DNA of 64,000 nucleotides from an uncultured Erysipelotrichaceae bacterium (GTDB taxonomy: Bacteria; Bacillota_I; Bacilli_A; RFN20; CAG-826): assembly GCA_902803375.1 (NCBI GenBank), contig CADCPN010000028.1, positions 684 through 64,683 of the forward strand, given 5' to 3'. The notes beneath the pieces were generated by a model, which was given only the letters and a program-made list of their open reading frames with translations, did no database searches and was not told the DNA's origin. The stretch's first letter is position 1, and each line of letters opens with the position of its first letter. The position numbers were made by a program, and so were the translations under genes. This document shows, piece after piece, positions 8,922 through 18,496 of the stretch.

Positions 8922-9755
8922 ATGTCGCGTCTAGTTATCAAAAATCTACATGTTTCCGTTAAGGATAAAGAAATTCTAAAAGGCGTCAATCTAACCGTTG
9001 AGGAAGGCGAGACCGTCGCCTTGCTAGGCATGAATGGACACGGGAAATCCACCCTATTGGGTGCGATTATGGGCAATCCGAACTATACCGTCACTTCCGG
9101 TTCTGTGAAATTGGATGATGTCGAAATTCTTGGTTTGCCTGTCAACGAAAGATCAAAGGCTGGCCTATTTCTCGCCATGCAGTATCCGGCTGAGATCCCA
9201 GGCGTCAACTCCGCTGATTTCTATAAGGCCGCTATGAATGCTCATCGCGAAAAGCCGATGAGCCTCTTCCAGTTCTATTCTTCCCTCCAGAGCGCTTATA
9301 AGGCCATGGAGATTCCGTTTGAGATGAGCCAGCGCAATTTGAACGAAGGCTTCTCTGGCGGCGAGAAGAAGCGCAATGAGATCCTTCAGATGAAGCTTCT
9401 CGATCCGAAGATCACCTTCCTCGATGAGATCGACTCCGGCTTGGACGTCGACGCCATGCAAATCGTTGCTAAAGCCATCAATGAAGAACAGGCCAAAGGC
9501 AAAGGTTTCCTCGTCATCTCCCATTATGCTCGTCTTTACAGCATGATCCACCCGACCCGTGCCGCCGTTATGGTGAATGGCCGCATTGCCGTTGAGGGTG
9601 GACCGGAAATCATCAAGCGCATCGATACCGAGGGCTATGAGTGGATCAAAACCGAACTCGGCATCTCCCTCGATAAGGATGAAGCCCCGATGAACAAGGT
9701 TTCCATCGGCGTCTGCGCCACTAAGGAAGCTGCTTTGGGCGGAGAGAAGAAGTAA
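8922..9755 (+). CDS. sufC: Fe-S cluster assembly ATPase SufC
   Basis: Walker A GMNGHGKST, signature FSGGEKKR, Walker B LDEIDSGLD, and its position at the head of the suf operon. Confidence 0.9.
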   Translation: MSRLVIKNLHVSVKDKEILKGVNLTVEEGETVALLGMNGHGKSTLLGAIMGNPNYTVTSGSVKLDDVEILGLPVNERSKAGLFLAMQYPAEIPGVNSADFYKAAMNAHREKPMSLFQFYSSLQSAYKAMEIPFEMSQRNLNEGFSGGEKKRNEILQMKLLDPKITFLDEIDSGLDVDAMQIVAKAINEEQAKGKGFLVISHYARLYSMIHPTRAAVMVNGRIAVEGGPEIIKRIDTEGYEWIKTELGISLDKDEAPMNKVSIGVCATKEAALGGEKK

Positions 9756-9757
9756 AG

Positions 9758-10435
9758 ATGGGAATCACGTTAATCAACAACGAGATCTCCGACCGCGACT
9801 TTGAGGTCAAAGAAGGCGAGGAGCTGACGCTCAACCTCGCCTATTTCGACGCCTTCAAGCCCTGCAAGATCAACGTCAAAGTTCATAAGAACGCCACTTT
9901 GAACGCCGCGTTTGCCGACTTTGGAAAAGGAAAAGGCAAATTCGAGTTCAATGTTTATCTAGAAGAGGAAGGTGCAAACTGCAACTTCCATTCCGCTTGC
10001 CTCGCCTCCGCTAGCGATGACAAGGTTTTCGACACCTCCGTCTACCACAACGCGGCGCACACCTCCGCCATCATGAGCAACTATGGAATCACCCGCGATT
10101 CCAGCAAACTCGTGTTCACGGGCGTCTCCGAAATCAAAAAAGGCAGCATTGCCACCGTCACCCGTCAGGAAGCGAAGATCATCGTTTTCGATCCGGATTG
10201 CAAGGGCGCTTGCTCCCCGATTCTCAAAATCGATGAGAACGATGTCTCCGCAAGCCACGCCGCAACCGTCGGCCGCCTTAACGAGCAGCATCTTTTCTAT
10301 CTCCTCTCCAGAGGTATTGATGAGCAGACCGCAAAGCGCCTCATCACCTTGGGCTATCTAAAGCCGGTCGAGCAGTACTTCGACGAGGAAGCCCTCCGCG
10401 AGAATATCGATAAAGCAATCGAAGAAGGTATCTGA
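9758..10435 (+). CDS. sufD: Fe-S cluster assembly protein SufD, short form (225 aa)
   Basis: C-terminal SufB/D beta-helix motifs are present (SHAATVGRLNEQHLFYLLSRGI). It lies between sufC and sufS. Confidence 0.75.
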   Translation: MGITLINNEISDRDFEVKEGEELTLNLAYFDAFKPCKINVKVHKNATLNAAFADFGKGKGKFEFNVYLEEEGANCNFHSACLASASDDKVFDTSVYHNAAHTSAIMSNYGITRDSSKLVFTGVSEIKKGSIATVTRQEAKIIVFDPDCKGACSPILKIDENDVSASHAATVGRLNEQHLFYLLSRGIDEQTAKRLITLGYLKPVEQYFDEEALRENIDKAIEEGI

Positions 10436-10436
10436 T

Positions 10437-11672
10437 ATGTTCGATCCGAATTCGTTTAGAAAAGACTTCCCGATGCTCCGCAGCGGAAAGATGATGCAGG
10501 GCAAGCCCTTAGTTTGGCTAGACAATGCCTCCACCACTTTCAAGCCGGATTCCGTCGTGGCCGCCATCACCAGGTATTACACCTCCGAGACCTCTAACTC
10601 CCATCGTGGCGATTATGACCTTTGCTATGACATGGATATGGAAGTCCTCAATGCCCGCAAGGCGGTTGCTGATTTCATTGGCGCCGAAACCAAGGAAATC
10701 GTCTTCACCTCCGGCACCACCGGTTCCATCAACCTCCTCGCCTATGGCTATGGCGCGAAATATCTAAAGAAAGGCGATGAGATCCTCATCACCGAAGCGG
10801 AGCACGCCTCCAATGTTTTGCCCTGGTACCGCGTAGAGGAAATGACGGGCTGCAAGGTAAACTTCATCCCCCTAACCAAGGAAGGGAGACTAACCGCCGA
10901 AAACCTCGAAAAGGCTATCACGCCTAACACCAAATTGGTCTGCGTTGCCCACGTCACCAACGTTTTGGGCTTCATCGCCCCGATTAAAGAGCTTGCCAGA
11001 ATTGCTCACAAGCATGGCGCCTTGATCTGCGTTGATGGCGCTCAGTCCGTCCCGCATCTGAAGACCGATGTCAAGAATCTCGATGTTGACTTCCTTTCCT
11101 TCTCTGGCCACAAGCTCTGCGGCCCGACTGGTATCGGCGTCCTATATGGAAAATATTCTCTCCTCTCCGCCATGGATCCTTTCATGACCGGCGGAGGCAT
11201 GAATGCGAAATTCGATATGTGCGGCGACGCCTCTTATCTAGAACCGCCCGCCCGTTTTGAAGCCGGAACCCAGCATCTAGCTGGCATCATTGGCCTGCAT
11301 GCCGCTATCGATTACCTCAACTACGTCGGCATCGATAACATCAGCGCCTACGAAGAAGAACTTAAGAAATACGCCGTGGAAAAGTTGGCCGCCACCGGCG
11401 CCGTCACCATCTATAACGCCACTAGCGAAGCGGGCATCGTCGCCTTCAACGTCAACGGCGTCTTCGCTCAGGATGCGGCGACCTACCTCAACTCTCAGGG
11501 CATTGCCTGCCGTTCTGGCCAGCACTGCGCCAAGATCCTCACCGACTTCTTGGGAACCGTCGCCACCGTGCGCGCTTCCTTCTATTTCTATACCACCAAA
11601 GAAGAAATCGACCGCCTCGTCGAGGCCGTCGCCAAGTGCAAAGGAGAATACCTCAATGCCTACTTCAATTGA
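10437..11672 (+). CDS. sufS: Cysteine desulfurase SufS (class V aminotransferase)
   Basis: Carries NSHRG, a PLP-lysine region FSGHKLCGPTG, and the C-terminal RSGQHCA active-site cysteine loop. Confidence 0.9.
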   Translation: MFDPNSFRKDFPMLRSGKMMQGKPLVWLDNASTTFKPDSVVAAITRYYTSETSNSHRGDYDLCYDMDMEVLNARKAVADFIGAETKEIVFTSGTTGSINLLAYGYGAKYLKKGDEILITEAEHASNVLPWYRVEEMTGCKVNFIPLTKEGRLTAENLEKAITPNTKLVCVAHVTNVLGFIAPIKELARIAHKHGALICVDGAQSVPHLKTDVKNLDVDFLSFSGHKLCGPTGIGVLYGKYSLLSAMDPFMTGGGMNAKFDMCGDASYLEPPARFEAGTQHLAGIIGLHAAIDYLNYVGIDNISAYEEELKKYAVEKLAATGAVTIYNATSEAGIVAFNVNGVFAQDAATYLNSQGIACRSGQHCAKILTDFLGTVATVRASFYFYTTKEEIDRLVEAVAKCKGEYLNAYFN

Positions 11673-12108
11673 ACTAACCCCTGAAATCATGAGGGAGATC
11701 ATCATGGATCACTATTCCTCCCCCAGGCACAAAAGCAACCCGGACCAGGAAGGATACCAATCCACCCACAGCTCCTCTGTCAACTGCATCGACGATATCG
11801 ACGTCTTTTTGAAGATCAACGCCAATGGCGTCGTCGAAGACGCCAGATGGAACGGCGTCGCCTGCGCGATTTCCACCGCCTCCAGCGATATCCTCTGCGA
11901 CCTTCTCATCGGCAAGACCAAAGCCGAGGCGGAGAATGTCATCGCCCAGTATGAGCACATGATCCATGAAGAAGAATACGATGCCTCCGTCCTCGACGAA
12001 GCCCTCGCCTTCATGAACACCAGCAAACAGGCGGCCCGTATCCACTGCGCCACCATCGGCTGGGACGCCGCCGAAAAGATTTTGGAAGGAGAGAATGATG
12101 GCAAATAA
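11656..12108 (+). CDS. sufU: Fe-S/sulfur transfer scaffold SufU (IscU-like)
   Basis: Begins [26 protein letters not shown], with [12 protein letters not shown] and HCATIGW cysteine ligands. AAGGAGA lies at 11641-11647. Only the 3' part of track ORF 11290..12108 is real. Confidence 0.85.
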   Translation: MPTSIELTPEIMREIIMDHYSSPRHKSNPDQEGYQSTHSSSVNCIDDIDVFLKINANGVVEDARWNGVACAISTASSDILCDLLIGKTKAEAENVIAQYEHMIHEEEYDASVLDEALAFMNTSKQAARIHCATIGWDAAEKILEGENDGK

Positions 12109-13513
12109 CGAAAAGACCAACAAACCCGAATTCCTGGAAGAGGAATATAAGTACGGCTTCAAAGACGAAGACGTCTCCATCTATTCCACCGGAACCGGCT
12201 TAACCGAAGATACCATCCGTGAGATTTCCGCCGCCAAAAACGAGCCGGAATGGATGCTCGATTTCCGTCTAAGGGCTTATCGCTGCTTCCGCGCGATGCC
12301 GATGCCCTCCTTCGGTCCTGACCTATCGAAGATGGATTTCGATTCCTATACTTATTTCACCCGCGTTGCCAAAGGCGAGACCAAGTCTTGGGATGATGTC
12401 CCAAGCACCATCAAGAATACCTTCAACAAGCTTGGGATTCCTGAGGCTGAGCAGAAATACTTGGCCGGCGTCTCCACTCAGTATGAGTCCGAGGTCGTCT
12501 ACCACAACATGCTTAAGGAAGTTGAGGAGAAAGGCGTTATCTTCCTTTCCACCGATATGGGCCTAAAGCTCTATCCGGAACTCTTCAAGAAGTACTTCAA
12601 CAAGGTCATCCCGATGGCCGACAACAAGTTCGCCGCCCTCAATGGCGCGACTTGGTCCGGCGGCAGCTTCGTCTATGTGCCTAAGGGCGTTCACCTTGAT
12701 AAGCCGCTCCAGTCTTACTTCCGCATCAACAACGAGAAATCCGGCCAGTTCGAGCGTACCCTCATCATCGTTGATGACGGGGCTGACCTTCACTATGTCG
12801 AAGGCTGCACCGCTCCGCAGTACTCCAAGGATTCCTTCCACACCGGCGTCGTCGAAATCTATGTCGGCAAAGGTGCTAAATGCCGTTACAGCACCATCCA
12901 GAACTGGTCTACCAACATCCTTAACCTCGTCACCCAGCGCGCCCTCGTTGAGGAAGACGGCCTCATGGAATGGGTCGATGGCAACATCGGCTCCATGTAC
13001 ACGATGAAGTATCCTTGCTGCGTCCTCCAGGGCGATAGAAGCAAGGGCAGTTGCATCACCATCGCCGTCGGCAGCAAAGGCCAATACCAGGATGCCGGCG
13101 CCAAGATGATTCACCTCGGCAAAGACACCTCCTCCACCATCATCTCCAAGTCCATCGTCAGAAACGGTGGCGTCGCCAACTATCGCGGCACCGTGAGAAT
13201 GGGCCCGAAGGCCACCGGCGCGAAGAGCCATGTCGAATGCGATACCCTTATCCTCGATAACCTCTCCCGCAGCGATACGTTCCCAAAGAACGAAATCAAG
13301 AACAACGAGTCCTTCATCGAACACGAAGCGACCGTCTCCAAGATCTCTCAGGACCAGCTCTTCTATTTGATGAGCCGTGGCCTATCCGAGAAAGACGCGA
13401 CCCAAATGATCGTCATGGGCTTCATTGAGCCCTTCTCGAAAGAGTTGCCTATGGAGTATGCTGTCGAGCTCAACCAGCTCATCAAACTCGATATGAGCGA
13501 TTCCATTGGATAA
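12095..13513 (+). CDS. sufB: Fe-S cluster assembly protein SufB
   Basis: A 472-aa protein with typical SufB N-terminal (EEEYKYGF) and C-terminal ([23 protein letters not shown]) regions. Confidence 0.9.
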   Translation: MMANNEKTNKPEFLEEEYKYGFKDEDVSIYSTGTGLTEDTIREISAAKNEPEWMLDFRLRAYRCFRAMPMPSFGPDLSKMDFDSYTYFTRVAKGETKSWDDVPSTIKNTFNKLGIPEAEQKYLAGVSTQYESEVVYHNMLKEVEEKGVIFLSTDMGLKLYPELFKKYFNKVIPMADNKFAALNGATWSGGSFVYVPKGVHLDKPLQSYFRINNEKSGQFERTLIIVDDGADLHYVEGCTAPQYSKDSFHTGVVEIYVGKGAKCRYSTIQNWSTNILNLVTQRALVEEDGLMEWVDGNIGSMYTMKYPCCVLQGDRSKGSCITIAVGSKGQYQDAGAKMIHLGKDTSSTIISKSIVRNGGVANYRGTVRMGPKATGAKSHVECDTLILDNLSRSDTFPKNEIKNNESFIEHEATVSKISQDQLFYLMSRGLSEKDATQMIVMGFIEPFSKELPMEYAVELNQLIKLDMSDSIG

Positions 13514-13518
13514 ACAAT

Positions 13519-15402
13519 ATGGAAAAAGAAACGGATTATGACCTCATAGTCGTCGGCGGCGGACACGCCGGCGTCGAAGCTTCTTCCGCGGGAGCCCGCT
13601 TGGGCCTCCGCGTTCTTTTGTGCACGCTCAATAAAAGGATGATCGGCAATATGCCGTGCAACCCCCATATCGGCGGCAGCGCAAAAGGAGTCGTCGTCCG
13701 TGAAATCGATGCCTTAGGCGGCATCATGGGCATCGCGGCGGACCACCATCCCCTTCAGATCAAGATGCTTAACACCGGCAAGGGCCCTGGCGTTCAGTGC
13801 CTTCGCTCCCAGCAGGATAAGGCGGGCTACCCAGCATTTGTCCAATCGATGCTGGAAGCCACCCCGAATCTCGACATCAAGGAATGCGAAGTCGTTGACC
13901 TGCTTCACGATGAAAAAGCCATCCATGGGGTCGTTCTTTCTGATGGAAGCACGATTTCCTGCAAAGCCGTCGTCATCACGACCGGCACCTATATGAATGG
14001 CCGCATCATCTCCGGGCGCGACATTCATGATGGTGGACCAGATGGCGAGAAAGCCAGCCTTGGCTTAAGCGAATCCCTCGCCCGCATGGGCATAGATATC
14101 TTCCGCCTCAAAACCGGAACCCCGCCCCGACTCAAGGCCTCGACCATCGATTTCTCCAAAGGAGAGATCCAGCTTGGAAGCGACGATAAGCTCGCTTTCT
14201 CCTATTCCACCACGAAGTTCACTCCCCTTTCCAAGCAGCTTCCCTGCTACCTCATCTACACCACTCCCTTGACCCATAAGATCATCAAAGACCATATCTC
14301 TGATTCCGCCATCTTCGACGGAACCATCAAGGGCGTCGGCCCCCGTTATTGCCCCGCCATCGAATCGAAGATCGTTCGCTTCGCCGATAAGCCTCGCCAC
14401 CAGCTCTTCCTTGAGCCGGAATACGAGCATGGCGAGTCCATCTATCTCCAGGGCTTCTCTAGCGGCATGCCGCATGAGGTTCAGGATCAGATGGTCCATA
14501 GCCTTCCTGGCTTAGAGCACTGCGAGATCCTCAAATACGCCTATCAGATCGAATACGATGCCATCCGCCCGCTCCAATTCGATGCCACCCTCCGCGTGAA
14601 ATCCTATGAAGGACTTTATGGCGCTGGCCAGATCTGCGGCACCTCCGGCTACGAAGAGGCTGCAGGACTTGGCCTTATGGCCGGCATCAATGCCGCAAGG
14701 TGGATCAAAGGTGAGGCCCCGTTCATCCTCAAGAGAAATGAGTCTTACATCGGCGTCATGATCGATGACCTCGTCACCAAAGGCACCGACGAACCCTACC
14801 GCCTGCTTTCCAGCCGCGCAGAGTATCGTTTGTTGCTCCGTCACGACAACGCCGACCTCCGCCTTACCGAATATGGCCACATGCTTGGCCTAATCTCTGA
14901 CGAGCGTTACGCCGCCTTCAAGAAGAAGTACCAGGACATTGATGCCGTCATCGATATCCTTAAGAACACCATCATCGCCGACAAAGCGGCTCTTAACGAG
15001 TACTTCAAGGAACTTGGCGTTGAGCCTAGCGACCGCGGATTCCGCGGGCTTGAGATCTTGAAGCGTCCGCATTTCGAATATCGCCGTATCCGCAAGATGA
15101 TGCCGGAACTCGCTTCCTACGACCTAGACGATGAATCCATCTTGGCCCTTGAGACCAAGGTGAAATACGAGGGCTATATCCAGAAAGAAGAGCTTGAGGC
15201 AGAACGCCTCAACCGCGAGGAAGCTATTGTTCTTCCCGAAGGTCTGGATTATCTTCATATGGATGGGCTTCGCCTTGAGGCGAGGCAAAAGCTTGATTCG
15301 ATTCGTCCGAGAACCATTGCGCAGGCCAGCCGTATTTCCGGAGTGAATCCTGCCGATGTCTCTTTGCTTCTTTTAACGCTAAGGAAGGAGAAACTCCTAT
15401 GA
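13519..15402 (+). CDS. mnmG: tRNA uridine-5-carboxymethylaminomethyl modification enzyme MnmG (GidA)
   Basis: FAD motif YDLIVVGGGHAGVEA, a length of 627 aa, and rsmG immediately downstream. Confidence 0.95.
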   Translation: MEKETDYDLIVVGGGHAGVEASSAGARLGLRVLLCTLNKRMIGNMPCNPHIGGSAKGVVVREIDALGGIMGIAADHHPLQIKMLNTGKGPGVQCLRSQQDKAGYPAFVQSMLEATPNLDIKECEVVDLLHDEKAIHGVVLSDGSTISCKAVVITTGTYMNGRIISGRDIHDGGPDGEKASLGLSESLARMGIDIFRLKTGTPPRLKASTIDFSKGEIQLGSDDKLAFSYSTTKFTPLSKQLPCYLIYTTPLTHKIIKDHISDSAIFDGTIKGVGPRYCPAIESKIVRFADKPRHQLFLEPEYEHGESIYLQGFSSGMPHEVQDQMVHSLPGLEHCEILKYAYQIEYDAIRPLQFDATLRVKSYEGLYGAGQICGTSGYEEAAGLGLMAGINAARWIKGEAPFILKRNESYIGVMIDDLVTKGTDEPYRLLSSRAEYRLLLRHDNADLRLTEYGHMLGLISDERYAAFKKKYQDIDAVIDILKNTIIADKAALNEYFKELGVEPSDRGFRGLEILKRPHFEYRRIRKMMPELASYDLDDESILALETKVKYEGYIQKEELEAERLNREEAIVLPEGLDYLHMDGLRLEARQKLDSIRPRTIAQASRISGVNPADVSLLLLTLRKEKLL

Positions 15403-16100
15403 ATTACGAAGAACTAAAAACCCTTTTGGCCGCGAAACGTATATCGATTTCCGATGACATGGTCGCGAAGCTAAAGGTTTACGCCGCCTTGCTCAAGGAA
15501 TGGAATGAGAAGATGAACCTCACCTCCATCGTCGAGGAAGAGGAAGTCATCGAAAAGCATTTCTACGATTGCCTTATCGCCGCCGAAGGAATGGATTTCT
15601 CCAACAAGAAGATCGCCGATATGGGATCTGGCGCAGGATTTCCAGGCATGGTCTGGGCCATCTGCTTCCCAGAAGCGGACGTCACCCTTATCGATGCCAC
15701 CAACAAGAAGTTCAAATTCCTTGAGGAAGTTAAGAACCGGCTCAATGTGGAGAATGTCCATTTCCACGTTGGCCGCGTCGAAGCCATGAAAGAGGAGAAG
15801 GAGACTTTTGATCTTGTTTCCGCCCGTGGCTTTGCCGCCCTTAATGTCTTGATGGAAGTCGGGGCTCCATTGCTTAAAGTCGGCGGAAAGATCCTTGCCC
15901 TTAAAGGCTCCAGAGGCCTTGAAGAGCTTAAGGCTGCCCAGAGCGGACTCCCCAATCTTGGCCTCCGCTACGACGGCAAATCAATCCAGCATCTCCCGAC
16001 CCATGGTGATGAGCGCATCAACATTCGCCTGCTCAAATTCAAGCCCACCCCGGAAAAGTATCCGCGCGATTGGGCGACCATCGTCAAACACCCGCTCTAA
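15399..16100 (+). CDS. rsmG: 16S rRNA (guanine527-N7)-methyltransferase RsmG (GidB)
   Basis: SAM motif DMGSGAGFPG and the conserved mnmG-rsmG-parAB order. Confidence 0.9.
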   Translation: MNYEELKTLLAAKRISISDDMVAKLKVYAALLKEWNEKMNLTSIVEEEEVIEKHFYDCLIAAEGMDFSNKKIADMGSGAGFPGMVWAICFPEADVTLIDATNKKFKFLEEVKNRLNVENVHFHVGRVEAMKEEKETFDLVSARGFAALNVLMEVGAPLLKVGGKILALKGSRGLEELKAAQSGLPNLGLRYDGKSIQHLPTHGDERINIRLLKFKPTPEKYPRDWATIVKHPL

Positions 16101-16113
16101 ACCTCTTACCTAA

Positions 16114-16150
16114 CGTGGAACATTGAAAAAGTTCCACGGATTGTTACAAT
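16114..16150 (+). promoter_or_regulatory. parA promoter TTGAAA-16-TGTTACAAT (extended -10) bracketed by an inverted repeat made of parS half-sites
   Basis: cgtggaac at 16114-16121, TTGAAA at 16123-16128, gttccacg at 16131-16138, TGTTACAAT at 16142-16150. The parA ATG at 16160 lies 9 nt after the -10 and has no SD. Confidence 0.55.
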
Positions 16151-16159
16151 TACAACCCC

Positions 16160-16930
16160 ATGGCAAAAATCATCGCGATAGCAAATCAAAAAGGCGGCGT
16201 CGGCAAGACCACTACGGCCATCAACCTCTCCGCCGCGCTCTGCCACCTTTCGAGAAAGGTCCTTTTAATCGATCTCGATCCGCAGGGCAACAGCTCTCGC
16301 GGCGTCGGCATCGACATCAACCTGCAGAAGAAGACCATCTACGAGGTCATGCAGGGAAAGATCGATATCAGGGAATCTTATAGCCACACCTTCTTCGATG
16401 GACTGGTGGTCATCCCCGCCAACCTGCGTTTGGCCTCTTTGGAAGTCTCCTTATATGAGAAACACGTCGAGAAGCCTTTCTTCCTTTTGAAGAAGGTTCT
16501 TGAAAGCGTTCGCTTAGACTTTGATTACATCATCATCGACTGCCCGCCTTCTTTGGGCTTGCTAAGCCTCAACGCGCTCACCGCCTCTGACTCGGTTATC
16601 ATCCCAGTCCAGTGCGAATATTTCGCAATGGAAGCGGTCGCGGCCATCCTCTCTACGATTTCCAACGTCCGCCAAAGCTACAACGAAGCCCTTAAGATCG
16701 AAGGTTTCCTTCTCACGATGTTTGATTCCCGTACCCAGCTCGCTACTGAAATCAGCGAGCAGGTGCGCACGCTTTTCAGAGAGAATACCTTCTTCATCGC
16801 CATTCCGCGCAATCAATCCATCAGCGAATCCCAGGCCCGTGCAATGCCTGTCACGGCTTTCCGCCCGACCAGCCAAGGCGCCACTGCCTACTTCGCTCTA
16901 GCTAGGGAAGTAATCGACCATGAAAAATGA
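16160..16930 (+). CDS. parA: Chromosome partitioning ATPase ParA/Soj
   Basis: MAKIIAIANQKGGVGKTTTAINL carries the deviant Walker A typical of ParA. Confidence 0.92.
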   Translation: MAKIIAIANQKGGVGKTTTAINLSAALCHLSRKVLLIDLDPQGNSSRGVGIDINLQKKTIYEVMQGKIDIRESYSHTFFDGLVVIPANLRLASLEVSLYEKHVEKPFFLLKKVLESVRLDFDYIIIDCPPSLGLLSLNALTASDSVIIPVQCEYFAMEAVAAILSTISNVRQSYNEALKIEGFLLTMFDSRTQLATEISEQVRTLFRENTFFIAIPRNQSISESQARAMPVTAFRPTSQGATAYFALAREVIDHEK

Positions 16931-17759
16931 GAAGAGCAAACCCTTACTTTCTTCTTCCTCTCTAAGCGACCTTATTGAGAAATTTTCTCAAGAAGACGTT
17001 ATCGCTGTGATGGAGAAGGAGTATCAGAGCTCTCCTAACCAGCTTATCCCGATCGGCATGATCGATGACACCTCCTTCGTCAAAGACGTCAAAGTCCCGG
17101 AAGAGGTTGTTGATTACTTTGCTGCCGGACTTAAAGAAAAAGGATTCTATAACCCACTTGTCGTCCGTCCCATTGTGGGCGACCGCTATGAGCTCATCCT
17201 TGGCAGGAAGAGATTTTTAGGCGCGAAGAAGGCGGGCCTTCTTTCTATTCCCTGCGCCATCCGCGAAGTCGGAGACGAAGAGGAGCTATTGATGCTGCTT
17301 GCCGATACCCGCGACCAGCGCGATACCAACGTCGTTGAGATGGCGCTCGTCTACGATGCGCTGCAGAAGAAATTCGGCTATACGCAGCAGACCCTCGCAT
17401 CTCTTTCCCACCTTTCCCGTTCCCAAATCACCAATAACCTGCGCATCCTCCGCCTCCCCCGTTATGTCAGAGACGAGATCTGCTTAGGCAAATTATCCTA
17501 TGGCCACGCCAAGGCCATCGTCTCCCTCCCGGAAGCGGAAATCGATGACATGGTGTCGCTAATCCATGAAAAAAAGCTCTCCGTCAGAGAAACGGAGAAC
17601 TTGGTTTCTGAAAGGCTAAGGCCCAGCGGCGCCCCAACAATGGAAGGACTCAAGAAGCAATTCGGAGCCGACAGTGTTTCCGAGACCCACAATAGCGTCA
17701 CCTTCTCCTTCGCTTCCGCAGAGGAGAAGATTGCCTTCCTGGAGAAGATTAAGGGCTAA
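16920..17759 (+). CDS. parB: ParB/Spo0J-like partition protein with divergent N-terminal CTP-binding motifs
   Basis: Has a ParB N-terminal domain (YELILGRKRFLGAKKAG) and an HTH (QQTLASLSHLSRSQITNNLRILRLP). It lies downstream of parA and overlaps it by 11 nt. Confidence 0.8.
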   Translation: MKNEKSKPLLSSSSLSDLIEKFSQEDVIAVMEKEYQSSPNQLIPIGMIDDTSFVKDVKVPEEVVDYFAAGLKEKGFYNPLVVRPIVGDRYELILGRKRFLGAKKAGLLSIPCAIREVGDEEELLMLLADTRDQRDTNVVEMALVYDALQKKFGYTQQTLASLSHLSRSQITNNLRILRLPRYVRDEICLGKLSYGHAKAIVSLPEAEIDDMVSLIHEKKLSVRETENLVSERLRPSGAPTMEGLKKQFGADSVSETHNSVTFSFASAEEKIAFLEKIKG

Positions 17760-17763
17760 AGAA

Positions 17764-18252
17764 TTAGAAGCGGAATAGCGTAACTAGCAAAGAGGCGGCT
17801 GTGCTTTCTTTTAGCATGCTGCTAACCATTTCCTCGGTTTTGCGGAGGGCTTCAAGCAATCGCGGCAAGAGCACGAAATAGCTAAATAGCGTCCAGGCGA
17901 TCATCGCGGCGATGGAGACGCCAAGGGAGATGCCACACTTAATCCTAGAGGCTTTGTCCTTATATTTGGCGAGGCCGATGATGGAAAGAACGACGCCGAC
18001 GATCGGCGCGATGTCTAGCAAAGATAAGAAGGCAAACACCATGGCGACGTTAGGAAGGGTCGGGCTCGCGGAAGAAGCAGAGGCGGTGGAATCATGATAC
18101 TGGCTGAAGACCGGCTCAGGATTGGTCGCGGCTTTGCCGCTGTCCTCGACGCTGACCTGCGGGGCTTGGTCGCCATAGAAGCCGGCGCCGCATTTATGGC
18201 AGTAGTTGGCGGAGTCTTGGTTAGCTTCGCCACAATGTGGGCAATATTTCAT
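17764..18252 (-). CDS. Zinc-ribbon membrane protein (N-terminal CPHCG...CHKCG ribbon, C-terminal TM helices)
   Basis: MKYCPHCGEANQDSANYCHKCG, followed by two or three hydrophobic helices. Confidence 0.6.
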   Translation of the reverse strand: MKYCPHCGEANQDSANYCHKCGAGFYGDQAPQVSVEDSGKAATNPEPVFSQYHDSTASASSASPTLPNVAMVFAFLSLLDIAPIVGVVLSIIGLAKYKDKASRIKCGISLGVSIAAMIAWTLFSYFVLLPRLLEALRKTEEMVSSMLKESTAASLLVTLFRF

Positions 18253-18354
18253 ATTGGAGATACCTCGTTACAAGGACATATCATAAATAAAAGAAAGAAA
18301 ATATCCATATCGCATTTGATGTCTCTACATACGGGAAACTAACGATTATAATAA

Positions 18355-18478
18355 TTCTGCTTCAGGGCGACGAGAATTACGTCGACTGGCGGTATAGCCC
18401 GCGAGTTCCTATGCGGTTAGGAACATGAACCTGTGCGATTCAGGTGCCAACGGTAAAGTCCGGATATCAAAGAAGTGC
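18355..18478 (+). promoter_or_regulatory. FMN riboswitch (RFN element) aptamer
   Basis: Conserved RFN blocks are cttcagggc, gactggcggtatagcccgcgag, gtgccaacggtaaagtccggat and aagaag. A TATAAT lies at 18347-18352 just upstream and a RibU-type transporter gene lies downstream. Confidence 0.85.
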
Positions 18479-18496
18479 AACTAGTTTGTATCAGCC

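Noticed and set aside
11290-11655. N-terminal 122 codons of track ORF 11290..12108, overlapping sufS out of frame.
   Set aside because: The translation is P/S/T-rich nonsense. The real SufU begins at the ATG at 11656 after AAGGAGA and aligns from [20 protein letters not shown].
12563-13324. A 253-aa ORF antisense to sufB. Similar long antisense ORFs include 21342..22004 (der), 28334..29026 (recA), 50695..51384 (eda), 60578..61300 (permease), 8038..8619, 30314..30838 and 43893..44375.
   Set aside because: All lie exactly opposite confidently identified genes. Their products are G/D/A/V/E-rich and low-complexity, and they lack SD sequences. They are the expected stop-poor shadow frames of genes with strongly C/G-ending codons.
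16123-16383. An 86-aa ORF starting in the rsmG-parA spacer.
   Set aside because: It runs out of frame over the canonical ParA N-terminus, gives an Arg/His-rich product, and its ATG sits in the promoter -35 region.
13519-17759. Possibility that the window contains oriC, given the mnmG-rsmG-parAB origin-proximal genes.
   Set aside because: No dnaA or dnaN gene and no cluster of TTATCCACA-type boxes were seen. I noticed only isolated one-mismatch matches inside genes (for example tgtggatta at ~24333).
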